From: Eubacteriales bacterium | Lineage (GTDB): Bacteria; Bacillota; Clostridia; Oscillospirales; JAAYXM01 | DNA length: 64,000 bases | Direction: 5' to 3' | Assembly (NCBI GenBank): GCA_045546975.1 | Contig: JAZQDV010000007.1 | Span: 73,176 to 137,175, forward strand | In this document: one piece after another, positions 1-8,196 of the stretch | How the letters are laid out: each line of letters begins with the position of its first letter | How positions within the stretch are numbered: the stretch's first letter is position 1 | The notes under the pieces: model-generated | Seen by the model: the letters and a program-made list of their open reading frames with translations, nothing else | The model's database searches: none | What the model was told of the DNA's origin: nothing | Position numbers and translations under genes: made by a program

Positions 1-1
1 C

Positions 2-550
2 GTTGACCGAAAGCTTCTTCTTATCGCTGGTGCGGCAATACTCGGCATAATCTTCTGTGTGCCTGAGATTTCAAACAGAATTATGTTCCTCTTCACCGCA
101 GACTTTGCAGCAGCAAACTCAACGGGCGGCAGAGGTGAGCGTTGGGCAATAGGCCTTGAGCTCTGGCAGACAAATCCCTTCTGGGGCTTTGGTCTAGGTC
201 GCTACGGCGGTGCGATAGCCATGCAAAACAAGGAGATAGATGACATCGTCTACTACTATATGGACAACTACTATCTGAAAACTCTCACCGAGATGGGAAT
301 TTTAGGCCTTGTTTCATACGTCTGGCTTCTTCTCAAGAATCTGCTTTGGTCGTGCAGATCACTTTTCAGATCTCAAAAAAACAGAATGTCCGTTCTTTCC
401 GCAGGTCTTCTTTCCGGAGAGATTGGCGTGCTTGCACATTCGTTTTTTGAAAACATATTTGAGGTGCCGTATATGAACTCCTATTTCTGGGGTTTTGCCG
501 CCCTCATCATGTATCTCGGATTTTTAAGACGCCGCAAAAACGATAAATAA
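2..550 (+). CDS. O-antigen ligase/polymerase-family membrane protein, C-terminal part (5' end lies outside the window)
   Basis: The frame is open from nt 2 with no stop. The product is hydrophobic and has a Wzy_C-like stretch, RGERWAIGLELWQTNPFWGFGLGRYGG. A hairpin terminator follows. Confidence 0.6.
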   Translation, partial: VDRKLLLIAGAAILGIIFCVPEISNRIMFLFTADFAAANSTGGRGERWAIGLELWQTNPFWGFGLGRYGGAIAMQNKEIDDIVYYYMDNYYLKTLTEMGILGLVSYVWLLLKNLLWSCRSLFRSQKNRMSVLSAGLLSGEIGVLAHSFFENIFEVPYMNSYFWGFAALIMYLGFLRRRKNDK

Positions 551-556
551 AAAGAT

Positions 557-596
557 AAAGCTTCTGCATAATAAATTATGCAGAAGCTTTTATTTT
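557..596. terminator. Bidirectional intrinsic terminator between convergent genes
   Basis: AAAGCTTCTGCATA / TATGCAGAAGCTTT stem flanked by an A-run and a T-run. Confidence 0.65.
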
Positions 597-608
597 GCAA
601 GCCTTTAA

Positions 609-791
609 CTACTTGCTTAAGTTCTGTTCATAAGACATGATCATCTTCTTAACCATCTGTCCACCGATAGAACCTGCCTGACGAGAAGTAAGGTCACCGT
701 TGTAACCCTGCTTGAGGTTAACACCTACCTCTGATGCAGCCTCCATCTTGAACTTATCAAGAGCCTCCTGTGCGTTCGGTACGATTGCCAT
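609..791 (-). CDS. Small acid-soluble spore protein, alpha/beta type
   Basis: 60 aa. Has the SASP signature KMEAASEVGV...LTSRQAGSIGGQMVKKMI. GGAGGTG RBS upstream. Confidence 0.85.
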   Translation of the reverse strand: MAIVPNAQEALDKFKMEAASEVGVNLKQGYNGDLTSRQAGSIGGQMVKKMIMSYEQNLSK

Positions 792-920
792 TTCAAATTC
801 ACCTCCCTGAAATTGACTTCAATAGTATTTTGTTCGCTTTGAAAGTTAATATGAGATGTAATTTTTGTATGTCAAAAAATGTACCAAAAAAGAATTTGAA
901 TTTTTTTGAGCAGAAAAGTC

Positions 921-949
921 TTGACAAAATGCCCTTTCATTCGTATAAT
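921..949 (+). promoter_or_regulatory. Sigma-A-type promoter for tRNA-Pro
   Basis: TTGACA (921-926), 17-nt spacer, TATAAT (944-949), about 25 nt upstream of the tRNA. Confidence 0.7.
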
Positions 950-973
950 TAAGTAGTTCGTTTGACGAATCAT

Positions 974-1050
974 CGAGATGTGGCTCAGTTTGGTAGAGCG
1001 CTGCGTTCGGGACGCAGAGGCCGCAGGTTCGAATCCTGTCATCTCGACCA
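974..1050 (+). tRNA. tRNA-Pro (anticodon CGG), CCA encoded
   Basis: Acceptor stem CGAGATG/CATCTCG, discriminator A plus CCA. D-arm GCTC..GAGC. Anticodon stem CTGCG/CGCAG with loop TTCGGGA. T-arm with GTTCGAATC. Confidence 0.9.
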
Positions 1051-1051
1051 T

Positions 1052-1090
1052 AAAAGCAGTACACTCAACAGAGTGTGCTGCTTTTATCTT
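1052..1090 (+). terminator. Intrinsic terminator after tRNA-Pro
   Basis: AAAAGCAGTACACTC-AACA-GAGTGTGCTGCTTTT hairpin with a T tract. Confidence 0.7.
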
Positions 1091-1236
1091 TTTGACATGA
1101 GAGGATTCGAAGCTCGAGGAGGCAACGAGCGTTAAAAAAACGATTGATAATCGTTTTTAGCGAAGTTGGTGCGAGACGGGTACTGCAAACAAAGTGCAGC
1201 GGTCGTCGAGCAGTGCGGATTGCTTTGCAATACGCC

Positions 1237-1254
1237 ATCCTGTCATCTCGACCA
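1237..1254 (+). repeat. 18-nt direct repeat of the tRNA-Pro 3' end (ATCCTGTCATCTCGACCA; the other copy is 1033-1050)
   Basis: Exact 18/18 match read directly from the sequence. It is not part of a foldable tRNA (no D- or T-loop). Confidence 0.85.
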
Positions 1255-1500
1255 AAGGGAAAGTCCTGTCGACTTTTGTCGATGGGATTTTTACTTTGTA
1301 TTATTCATTTTTCATTATTCAATATTCATCATTCATTTGACAGGATTTTCAATGAATAATGAAGTCGCTTCGCTGATGAATAATGAGTATTTTTCATTGT
1401 AGTTTTGCTCTGCAAAACACTTATTTTATAAAACACAAGGCTTAAAACCTTTACTGTTACTGCATTTACGCACAAATCCTATAAGAACATCCGCACCATA

Positions 1501-1540
1501 AAAACGGTAAACCCGTTCGGGTTTGCCGTTTTTATTTTTA
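1501..1540. terminator. Hairpin terminator (bidirectional architecture)
   Basis: ACGGTAAACCC-GTTC-GGGTTTGCCGT with flanking A and T runs. Confidence 0.6.
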
Positions 1541-1569
1541 ATACAGGGAGGAAAGAAACCTCGACAAAC

Positions 1570-1604
1570 AAAAAGTCCGTGGAGGTTTCTCCACGGACTT
1601 TTTA
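1570..1604. terminator. Terminator downstream of the uxu operon (minus strand)
   Basis: AGTCCGTGGAG-GTTT-CTCCACGGACT with flanking A and T runs, 10 nt from the stop of the SDR gene. Confidence 0.7.
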
Positions 1605-1613
1605 ATTTCTTTT

Positions 1614-2465
1614 TTATACGCCGCTATATGCTGAGAAGCCGCCGTCAACGGGAATTACAACACCGTTGACAAAGCTTGATGCGTCATTGCAGAGAAGGAA
1701 GAGGAGTGTGCCGATAAGCTCATCCTGGTCACCGAATCTTCCCATCGGAGTCTGCGAAAGAATCTTCTTTGAGCGCTCGGTGTACTCACCCTTTTCATCA
1801 ATCAAAAGATTTCTGTTCTGATTTGTGAGGAAGAAGCCCGGAGCGATTGCATTTACGCGGATACCGACCTTTGAAAAGTGTACCGCAAGCCACTGTGTAA
1901 AGTTTGATACAGCAGCTTTTGCACCTGAATATGCAGGGATTCTTGTGAGCGGAGTAAATGCATTCATTGAAGAAATGTTGATTATTGTTGCGTCCTTTTT
2001 GCCTATCAAATCAGTTGCAAAAACCTGTGTCGGAAGAAGTGTTCCGATAAAGTTTAAGTTAAACACAAACTGAACGCCATCGGGGTCAAGGTCAAAGAAG
2101 GTCTTTATCCCCTCAATGTTCTCATCGCCCATTTCGTAATAATCCTTTGTTGTTGTGCCCTTGGGGTTATTTCCGCCCGCACCGTTAATGAGGATATCAA
2201 CACTTCCGAGAGTGTCATTGATTATCTTTTTTGCAGTCTCAAGACTTGCCTTTTCAAGCACGTTTGCAGCTACTGCAATTGCCTTGCCGCCATCGGCAAC
2301 TATGTCATCGGCAACTACCTTTGCTGCAGCCTCGTTAAGGTCAAGCACTGCAACTGCAGCGCCGGTTTTTGCAATAGCCTTTGCAAACGATGCACAGAGT
2401 ATTCCGCCACCGCCTGTAACAGCAACAACTTTGTCCTTCAAATCTATTTCAAAAGGTAATTTCAT
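1614..2465 (-). CDS. SDR-family oxidoreductase, probably D-mannonate/fructuronate oxidoreductase
   Basis: TGGGGILC Rossmann motif and YSGAK catalytic motif. Ends 3 nt from uxuA (operon context). Confidence 0.8.
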   Translation of the reverse strand: MKLPFEIDLKDKVVAVTGGGGILCASFAKAIAKTGAAVAVLDLNEAAAKVVADDIVADGGKAIAVAANVLEKASLETAKKIINDTLGSVDILINGAGGNNPKGTTTKDYYEMGDENIEGIKTFFDLDPDGVQFVFNLNFIGTLLPTQVFATDLIGKKDATIINISSMNAFTPLTRIPAYSGAKAAVSNFTQWLAVHFSKVGIRVNAIAPGFFLTNQNRNLLIDEKGEYTERSKKILSQTPMGRFGDQDELIGTLLFLLCNDASSFVNGVVIPVDGGFSAYSGV

Positions 2466-2467
2466 TT

Positions 2468-3505
2468 TTATTCTCCTTTCTCAAGGGTTTCCCAGATGCC
2501 CGCCATATACATAGCACCGAGTGCTCTGTCATAAAGGCCGTAGCCGGGTTTACCCGTTTCGCCCCAGATCATTCTGCCGTGGTCAGGGCGAAGATATCCC
2601 TTAAAGCCAACCTCGTGGTACGCCTTAAGTATTTCAACAACATCGAGTGAACCACATTTTGAGTAGTGTCCGCTCTCTTCAAATGAGCCGTCTTCGAAAA
2701 TCTTTATATTGCGAACGTGGGCAAAATGGATTCTACCCATTGCACCGTACTTTCTTACCATTGCGGTGTAGTCATTAAACTTTGCACAGCCAAGACTTCC
2801 GCTGCAAAGCGTGAGGCCGTGGTGAACGTCATCATAAAGCGCGAGGAAACGGTCGATATTCTTCTCGTTTGTGATGATTCTCGGAATACCGAAAATGTTC
2901 CATGGCGGATCGTCCGGATGTATAGCCATGTTGACGTCGCACTCCACTGCAACAGGCATAATCTCGTTTATGAAGTACTTGAGATTTTCCCAGAGTCCTT
3001 CCTCGCCGATCTTTTTATATTCGTCGATAAGACCTGTCATCTCATCAACCGTGTATGATGCGTCCCAACCGGGAAGCGTCATCTTTGTCGGGTCCATCTT
3101 ATCGACATCAGGCTTATAATATGCAAGAGCGTTTGAACCGTCATAGAGCGGCTGGTCAAGGCGTGACCTTGTCCAGTCAAAAACGGGCATAAAGTTATAG
3201 CAAATGCACTTTACGCCGGCACGGGCAAGTCGGCGGATGTTCTCTTTGTAATTATCTATGTATTCCTGATACTTTCCGCGACGGAGCTTTATGTCCTCGT
3301 GGACGGGAACACTTTCAATAACCTCCATTTCAAGACCCTTTGCGTTTACGTCTGCACGCATTTTGTCAATCTCTTCCTGCGGCCATACCTCACCTACGGG
3401 TACGGAATAAACCGCGGTAACGACGCCCGTCATGCACGGAATCTGACGTATGTAGTCAAGGCTTATGCTATCATCAGGACCGTACCATCTGAATGTCATT
3501 TTCAT
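2468..3505 (-). CDS. uxuA: Mannonate dehydratase
   Basis: 345 aa. The N-terminus MKMTFRWYGPDD and the overall length are typical of UxuA. Confidence 0.88.
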   Translation of the reverse strand: MKMTFRWYGPDDSISLDYIRQIPCMTGVVTAVYSVPVGEVWPQEEIDKMRADVNAKGLEMEVIESVPVHEDIKLRRGKYQEYIDNYKENIRRLARAGVKCICYNFMPVFDWTRSRLDQPLYDGSNALAYYKPDVDKMDPTKMTLPGWDASYTVDEMTGLIDEYKKIGEEGLWENLKYFINEIMPVAVECDVNMAIHPDDPPWNIFGIPRIITNEKNIDRFLALYDDVHHGLTLCSGSLGCAKFNDYTAMVRKYGAMGRIHFAHVRNIKIFEDGSFEESGHYSKCGSLDVVEILKAYHEVGFKGYLRPDHGRMIWGETGKPGYGLYDRALGAMYMAGIWETLEKGE

Positions 3506-3520
3506 GATCTATACCACCTT

Positions 3521-4396
3521 TCAAAGTTTATAAACGCGAATTGCATTTTCACGGCAAATTTTCGCGTAGTTTTCTTCGCTTATAAGCTTCTCCGCCACAG
3601 CATTATCAAGCCATTCCGAGAGCGGGAGCTCCTGATTTGGAGCACAGATATCCGTTGCATACATTATCCTGTCGGCAAACTCATCAATGAACTTATATGC
3701 AAAATCGGGATCTCTTGAAAGCGCATTGAAGCCGCTTCCTGCAGAGAGGTCGCAGTAGAGATTCGGGTAAGCACGCATAAGCTTTGCAACCCTTCCCTCC
3801 TCGACCTTGCCCGTGGGATATCCGCTTCTTGTTTCCTCTGTGACGTCACTTCCGATTTCCGACCAGAAGCACTGAGAATGACCTATTATTTTAAGATTCG
3901 GGTGCTTTCGTAGCATTTTTTCAAGGCGCGGAAGATGAAGGTCATCTATAAGGCCATAGGTATCGTACTTTTTATGCGCAAGATGTATAGTCACCGGCAT
4001 ATCGCACAGCTCACAATGGTGGAAGAGGTTATCTACCATAGGGTCGTCGATATACAGATTTGAAACCAATTCACCAACTCCGACAGCGCCATGCTCCTTG
4101 CAGCGGTTGAGGTACGGCGAAAAGTCCGCACTCACGCTGTTTCCACCCATTCTTGGGTCAAGCCCTGCACACCACAGAAAAGTTTCGGGGTGCTCTTTTG
4201 CAATATACTCCGCCTCTTCGCTTGACTGAGGCAAAAAACCGCATTCAGCGCTCACAAGAGGCATAATGATTCCCTTTTCTACACCAAGAGAATCGTAGCT
4301 TTCCCTGACCTCTTCCGGAGTCACGCAAATGCCCTTTTTCTCTATCTGAGCCTTGCCCCACATTCTCGCGTGGACGTGAACGTCTATCTTTTTCAT
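3521..4396 (-). CDS. Amidohydrolase-family (TIM-barrel metal-dependent hydrolase) protein
   Basis: N-terminal IDVHVH metal-binding motif. 291 aa. First gene of the uxu cluster. Confidence 0.7.
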   Translation of the reverse strand: MKKIDVHVHARMWGKAQIEKKGICVTPEEVRESYDSLGVEKGIIMPLVSAECGFLPQSSEEAEYIAKEHPETFLWCAGLDPRMGGNSVSADFSPYLNRCKEHGAVGVGELVSNLYIDDPMVDNLFHHCELCDMPVTIHLAHKKYDTYGLIDDLHLPRLEKMLRKHPNLKIIGHSQCFWSEIGSDVTEETRSGYPTGKVEEGRVAKLMRAYPNLYCDLSAGSGFNALSRDPDFAYKFIDEFADRIMYATDICAPNQELPLSEWLDNAVAEKLISEENYAKICRENAIRVYKL

Positions 4397-4488
4397 ATAA
4401 TCACCACCGCGGGAAATATTCTTTTTTAATTATACCCTACGCAAGAAATTAAGTCCACCCTTTTTTGTAAAAAACAAATCTTTTTTCC

Positions 4489-4517
4489 TTGACCAAAACG
4501 CTTCAATATATTAGAAT
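4489..4517 (+). promoter_or_regulatory. Sigma-A-type promoter of the pnuC leader
   Basis: TTGACC (4489-4494), 17-nt spacer, TAGAAT (4512-4517). Confidence 0.55.
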
Positions 4518-4524
4518 ATAATCA

Positions 4525-4635
4525 TAAGTTATATATTTCTGCCACCGGGTAGAGAATGCAATGGCATTCACCATGCATATCGTTAGGTCTTTGAAGATAT
4601 GCACAGTGAATGCTTTTTGATTTCGGGAGGTTTTC
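4525..4635 (+). promoter_or_regulatory. Candidate riboswitch/attenuator leader upstream of pnuC
   Basis: Terminator: GCATTCAC-CA-TGCATATC...GATATGCA-CA-GTGAATGC plus TTTTT (4564-4618). A competing hairpin GAATGC-AATG-GCATTC (4554-4569) uses the 5' arm of the terminator. Confidence 0.45.
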
Positions 4636-5322
4636 ATGAATTTCATCAGAAGCATCAGGTCGCTCACAAAATTTGAGCTTTTATTATGGATATCATCTCT
4701 GATAATTGTGACGCTGTCTTTTCTGTTAGCACCGAACAAGGATTTCCTATCCCTGTCCGCATCGCTCATCGGTGTCACCGCCCTCATCTTTCTTGCCAAA
4801 GGATATATTCTGGGACAGCTTCTTTCCGTTGTATTTGCGATTTTTTACGGAATTATATCCTTTTTCTTTGCATACTACGGTGAGATGATAACTTATCTTC
4901 TTATGACAGCGCCCATGGCTGTTATGGCAGCTATTGAATGGTACAAGAATCCATACAACAACTCCGGCGAGGTCAAAATCAGCAGAGTCACAAAAACTCA
5001 GCTCATCGTGATGCTTGTTCTGACCGCAACCGTCACCTTTATCTTTTATTTTATCCTGAAGGCACTTGACACCACAAATCTCATGTTCAGCACCGTCTCA
5101 ATAGCAACGAGCTTTCTTGCATCATACCTCACATATCTGAGAAGCCCTTACTATGCTCTTGCCTATGCCGCAAACGACGTTGTTCTCATTATTTTGTGGA
5201 TACTTGCAAGCATCAGGGACACGGGATATATCCCGATGATACTCTGTTTTGTGATGTTCTTTTTCAATGATATCTACGGATATGTAAACTGGAAGAAAAT
5301 GATGGCAAGACAGTCGTCCTGA
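4636..5322 (+). CDS. pnuC: Nicotinamide riboside (PnuC-family) transporter
   Basis: 228 aa, multi-TM. The C-terminal FFFNDIYGYVNWKK and the IEWYKNP motif are typical of PnuC. Confidence 0.8.
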   Translation: MNFIRSIRSLTKFELLLWISSLIIVTLSFLLAPNKDFLSLSASLIGVTALIFLAKGYILGQLLSVVFAIFYGIISFFFAYYGEMITYLLMTAPMAVMAAIEWYKNPYNNSGEVKISRVTKTQLIVMLVLTATVTFIFYFILKALDTTNLMFSTVSIATSFLASYLTYLRSPYYALAYAANDVVLIILWILASIRDTGYIPMILCFVMFFFNDIYGYVNWKKMMARQSS

Positions 5323-5374
5323 CTGCGAAAGTGTATCTTTTTACTGTATCATCGCAGTTTTTTGGTTAGATATT

Positions 5375-5416
5375 AAAAAACAGGTGACTTCAAAGGAAGT
5401 CACCTGTCTGTTTTTT
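5375..5416. terminator. Bidirectional terminator between pnuC and hup
   Basis: ACAGGTGACTTC-AAAG-GAAGTCACCTGT flanked by A6 and T6. Confidence 0.75.
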
Positions 5417-5419
5417 GAT

Positions 5420-5692
5420 TTACTTTACTAAATCCTTGAATGCCTTACCAGCCTTGAATGCAGGCACCTTGCAAGCTGCGATCTTGATCTTAGCTCCTGT
5501 CTGCGGGTTCTTACCCTCACGAGCTGATCTTGCGCGGCTCTCGAAAGTACCGAAGCCAACAAGCTGAACCTTGTCTCCAGCCTTAACTGCACCCTGAACT
5601 GCCTCGATGAAAGCGTTAAGCATTGCTTCAGAATCCTTCTTGGAAGTTCCTGCCTTTGCTGCGATTGCTGCTACTAATTCTGTTTTATTCAT
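5420..5692 (-). CDS. hup: HU-family DNA-binding protein
   Basis: [11 protein letters not shown]...GFGTFE...RNPQTG signature. Start moved to the ATG behind the GGAGGAGG RBS. Confidence 0.9.
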   Translation of the reverse strand: MNKTELVAAIAAKAGTSKKDSEAMLNAFIEAVQGAVKAGDKVQLVGFGTFESRARSAREGKNPQTGAKIKIAACKVPAFKAGKAFKDLVK

Positions 5693-5806
5693 TAAAAACA
5701 CCTCCTCCATATTTTGCTGTTTGAGTAATTATAACACATTTTTCGACATTGCACAATAGATTTTATGCAATTTTCTCAATTTTTGTAAATTTTTTCTTTT
5801 TTCTTA

Positions 5807-6568
5807 CTACCCTAAAAGAAAATCCAGAGCAAGCATAAACACAAAACCGACGAGTAAGAAGTATGTTGATTCGCGCGCATATCCGTGTGAGTGTGTCTCA
5901 GGTATCATCTCATCGCTCACCACATAAAGCATTGTTCCCCCTGCAAAAGCGAGTGCAAAAGGAAGAATGAACGAGGCTATATTGACCGCAAAATATCCGA
6001 TAAGCGTACCGATAACCTCAACCACACCTGTTGAAAATGCGATGAGAACAGTCCTTCTCCTGCTTATCCCCGCCGCGAGCATCGGCGCGATTATAACCAT
6101 TCCTTCAGGGATGTTCTGAAGCGCAATACCGCCCGCAACAGTGAGCGCACGCGATACGTTACCGTCTCCGAAGCTTACGCCTGCCGCAATTCCCTCGGGC
6201 AGGTTATGGATTGCAATTGCTATTACAAAAAGAAGAACGCGGTTTAGCTGTTTCTGCCTTGACGGGTGTGCTTCTGAATCCGCTCCGCTTATTCTATGCA
6301 GGTGCGGAACAAGCTTATCTATTAAATTCAGGCACACAGCACCAATGAAGATTCCTGCAACTGTTACAAGAACCGCTGTTATCCCGTTTCCGTACTCAAG
6401 GGACTGAAGTATAAGTCCGATAATTGCTGCAGATAGCATAACTCCCGCCGCGAAGGACATAATTATATCACTGAATTTATGCGATGGGTTTTTTATGAGA
6501 AATCCGAGCAGCGCACCGATGATTGTGGCACCGCCTATACCCACCGCTGTAAGTAACACCATTTGCAT
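5807..6568 (-). CDS. zupT: ZIP-family metal (zinc) transporter
   Basis: Multi-TM with the HNLPEG motif. Start set at MQMVLL (the upstream extension lacks an RBS). Confidence 0.8.
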   Translation of the reverse strand: MQMVLLTAVGIGGATIIGALLGFLIKNPSHKFSDIIMSFAAGVMLSAAIIGLILQSLEYGNGITAVLVTVAGIFIGAVCLNLIDKLVPHLHRISGADSEAHPSRQKQLNRVLLFVIAIAIHNLPEGIAAGVSFGDGNVSRALTVAGGIALQNIPEGMVIIAPMLAAGISRRRTVLIAFSTGVVEVIGTLIGYFAVNIASFILPFALAFAGGTMLYVVSDEMIPETHSHGYARESTYFLLVGFVFMLALDFLLG

Positions 6569-6677
6569 ATAATCACCGCCTTTTTCTCTATTATACTCCT
6601 TTTGATAAATAATACAATATTGAATATTTTTCTTGCCTGGTGTATAATTACGATAACAAAACAAAAGGAGAACTCTT

Positions 6678-7832
6678 ATGATTATTACAAATGATATCAA
6701 ATATATAGGCGTAAACGACCGCGAGATAGACCTCTTTGAGGGCTATTATACCGTTCCTGAGGGTATGGCATATAACTCCTATGTTATTCTCGACGAAAAG
6801 ATTGCGGTTATGGACACCGTAAGCTCAGGCTTTGGTGATGAGTGGCTTTCAAAGCTTCGCGCAGAGATTGGCGACAGAAAGCCCGATTACCTCGTGATCC
6901 AGCACATGGAGCCTGACCATTCTGCAAATATCAAAAACTTTGTAGATGCTTTCCCGGAGGCAAAAATCGTTTCTTCCGCAAAGGCATTTACAATGATGAA
7001 AAACTTTTTCGGTACCGATTTCGCTGAGCATCAGGTAGTTGTCGGCGAGGGCGCAACTCTCTCGCTCGGCCGTCACGAGCTTAACTTTGTGACCGCACCT
7101 ATGGTGCATTGGCCCGAGGTTATTCTCACCTATGACAGCACGGACAAGGTTCTCTTCTCTGCAGATGCATTCGGAAAATTCGGTGCGCTTGATGCAGACG
7201 AGGACTGGGCATGCGAGGCACGTCGCTACTACTTTGGAATAGTCGGAAAATTCGGTGTACAGGTACAGGCCGTCCTCAAGAAAGCAGCGGCGCTTGATAT
7301 TGCAATCATCTGCCCGCTCCACGGACCCGTACTTTCTGAAAACCTCGGATATTATCTTGATCTTTACAACAAGTGGTCAGCCTATGAGCCTGAGGAGGAA
7401 GGAATCCTCATCGCCTACACCTCGGTTTACGGCAACACAAAGCGTGCAGTTGAGCTTCTCGCCGAAAAACTTCGCGAGCTTGGGGCAAAAAAGGTTGAGG
7501 TATGCGACCTTGCAAGAAGCGATATGGCAGAAAATGTCGAGGACGCCTTCCGCTACAGTAAGCTTGTTCTTGCAACAACTACCTACAATTCCGAAATCTT
7601 CCCGTTTATGCGCGAGTTTATATCGCACCTTACCGAGCGCAACTTCAAAAACCGTACTGTTGCCCTTGTCGAAAACGGCAGCTGGGCACCGACGGCGGCA
7701 AACGTTATGCGCAAGATGTTTGAAAAGAGTAAGGATATAAAATTTACCGAGACTACCGTAAGGATTCTTTCGTCGATCAACAGCGAAAGTGAAGCAGCAC
7801 TCAATGCTCTTGCAAAAGAGCTTGTAGAATAA
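6678..7832 (+). CDS. FprA-family A-type flavoprotein (flavodiiron protein)
   Basis: Metallo-beta-lactamase-like HMEPDH motif plus a C-terminal flavodoxin-like domain. 384 aa. Confidence 0.85.
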   Translation: MIITNDIKYIGVNDREIDLFEGYYTVPEGMAYNSYVILDEKIAVMDTVSSGFGDEWLSKLRAEIGDRKPDYLVIQHMEPDHSANIKNFVDAFPEAKIVSSAKAFTMMKNFFGTDFAEHQVVVGEGATLSLGRHELNFVTAPMVHWPEVILTYDSTDKVLFSADAFGKFGALDADEDWACEARRYYFGIVGKFGVQVQAVLKKAAALDIAIICPLHGPVLSENLGYYLDLYNKWSAYEPEEEGILIAYTSVYGNTKRAVELLAEKLRELGAKKVEVCDLARSDMAENVEDAFRYSKLVLATTTYNSEIFPFMREFISHLTERNFKNRTVALVENGSWAPTAANVMRKMFEKSKDIKFTETTVRILSSINSESEAALNALAKELVE

Positions 7833-7847
7833 AAGGAGGAATTTTTT

Positions 7848-8006
7848 ATGAAAAAGTATGTATGTGACCTTTGCGGTTGGGAGTATGACGAAGCCATCGG
7901 CGATCCCGACAACGGAATAGAAGCAGGAACAAAATTCGAGGATCTCCCCGATGATTTTGCTTGCCCCCTCTGTGGCGCAGGCAAGGAAAATTTCGTTGAG
8001 GCTTAA
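7848..8006 (+). CDS. Rubredoxin (52 aa; too short for the supplied ORF track)
   Basis: Translation [52 protein letters not shown] has two CxxC pairs. AAGGAGG RBS upstream. Confidence 0.9.
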   Translation: MKKYVCDLCGWEYDEAIGDPDNGIEAGTKFEDLPDDFACPLCGAGKENFVEA

Positions 8007-8024
8007 AGGGCAGGTTTCTGCTAC

Positions 8025-8058
8025 GCAGCGCAACCGTAACGGTTGCGCTGCTCTTTTA
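8025..8058 (+). terminator. Intrinsic terminator after rubredoxin; left edge of the accessory island
   Basis: GCAGCGCAACCG-TAA-CGGTTGCGCTGC followed by TCTTTT. Confidence 0.8.
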
Positions 8059-8196
8059 TTTGAAAAAGTGTTTGTTTTTTAACATTTTCATTATATAATG
8101 TGTGTTTTAATATGTGGAATCATTGACAACTTTTGTGGAATATTATTATTTTTATGGTAAAATAATAATATAATATGAAGAAAGGAAGTTGTTTCA

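Noticed and set aside
846-1064. 72-aa minus-strand ORF over tRNA-Pro, and the ORFs at 62444-63025 over tRNA-Leu and its repeat.
   Set aside because: They overlap well-folded tRNA genes and terminators. Their translations are Arg/Pro/Gly-rich, as expected from GC-rich RNA genes.
1172-1254. Possible second tRNA or tRNA pseudogene ending in CATCTCGACCA.
   Set aside because: Only an acceptor-like pairing (6 of 7 bp) is present. There are no D-loop GG, no T-loop GTTCRANYC and no U33-type anticodon loop. I treat it as an att-like scar.
1144-1402. 71-aa and 78-aa ORFs in the tRNA-Pro downstream region.
   Set aside because: They have no RBS, overlap each other, cross hairpin terminators and the tRNA 3'-end repeat, and end in AT-rich low-complexity sequence.
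7377-8033. 218-aa and 133-aa minus-strand ORFs across the fprA 3' end and rubredoxin.
   Set aside because: They are antisense to two well-supported genes. The rubredoxin on the plus strand has a perfect RBS and both CxxC pairs.
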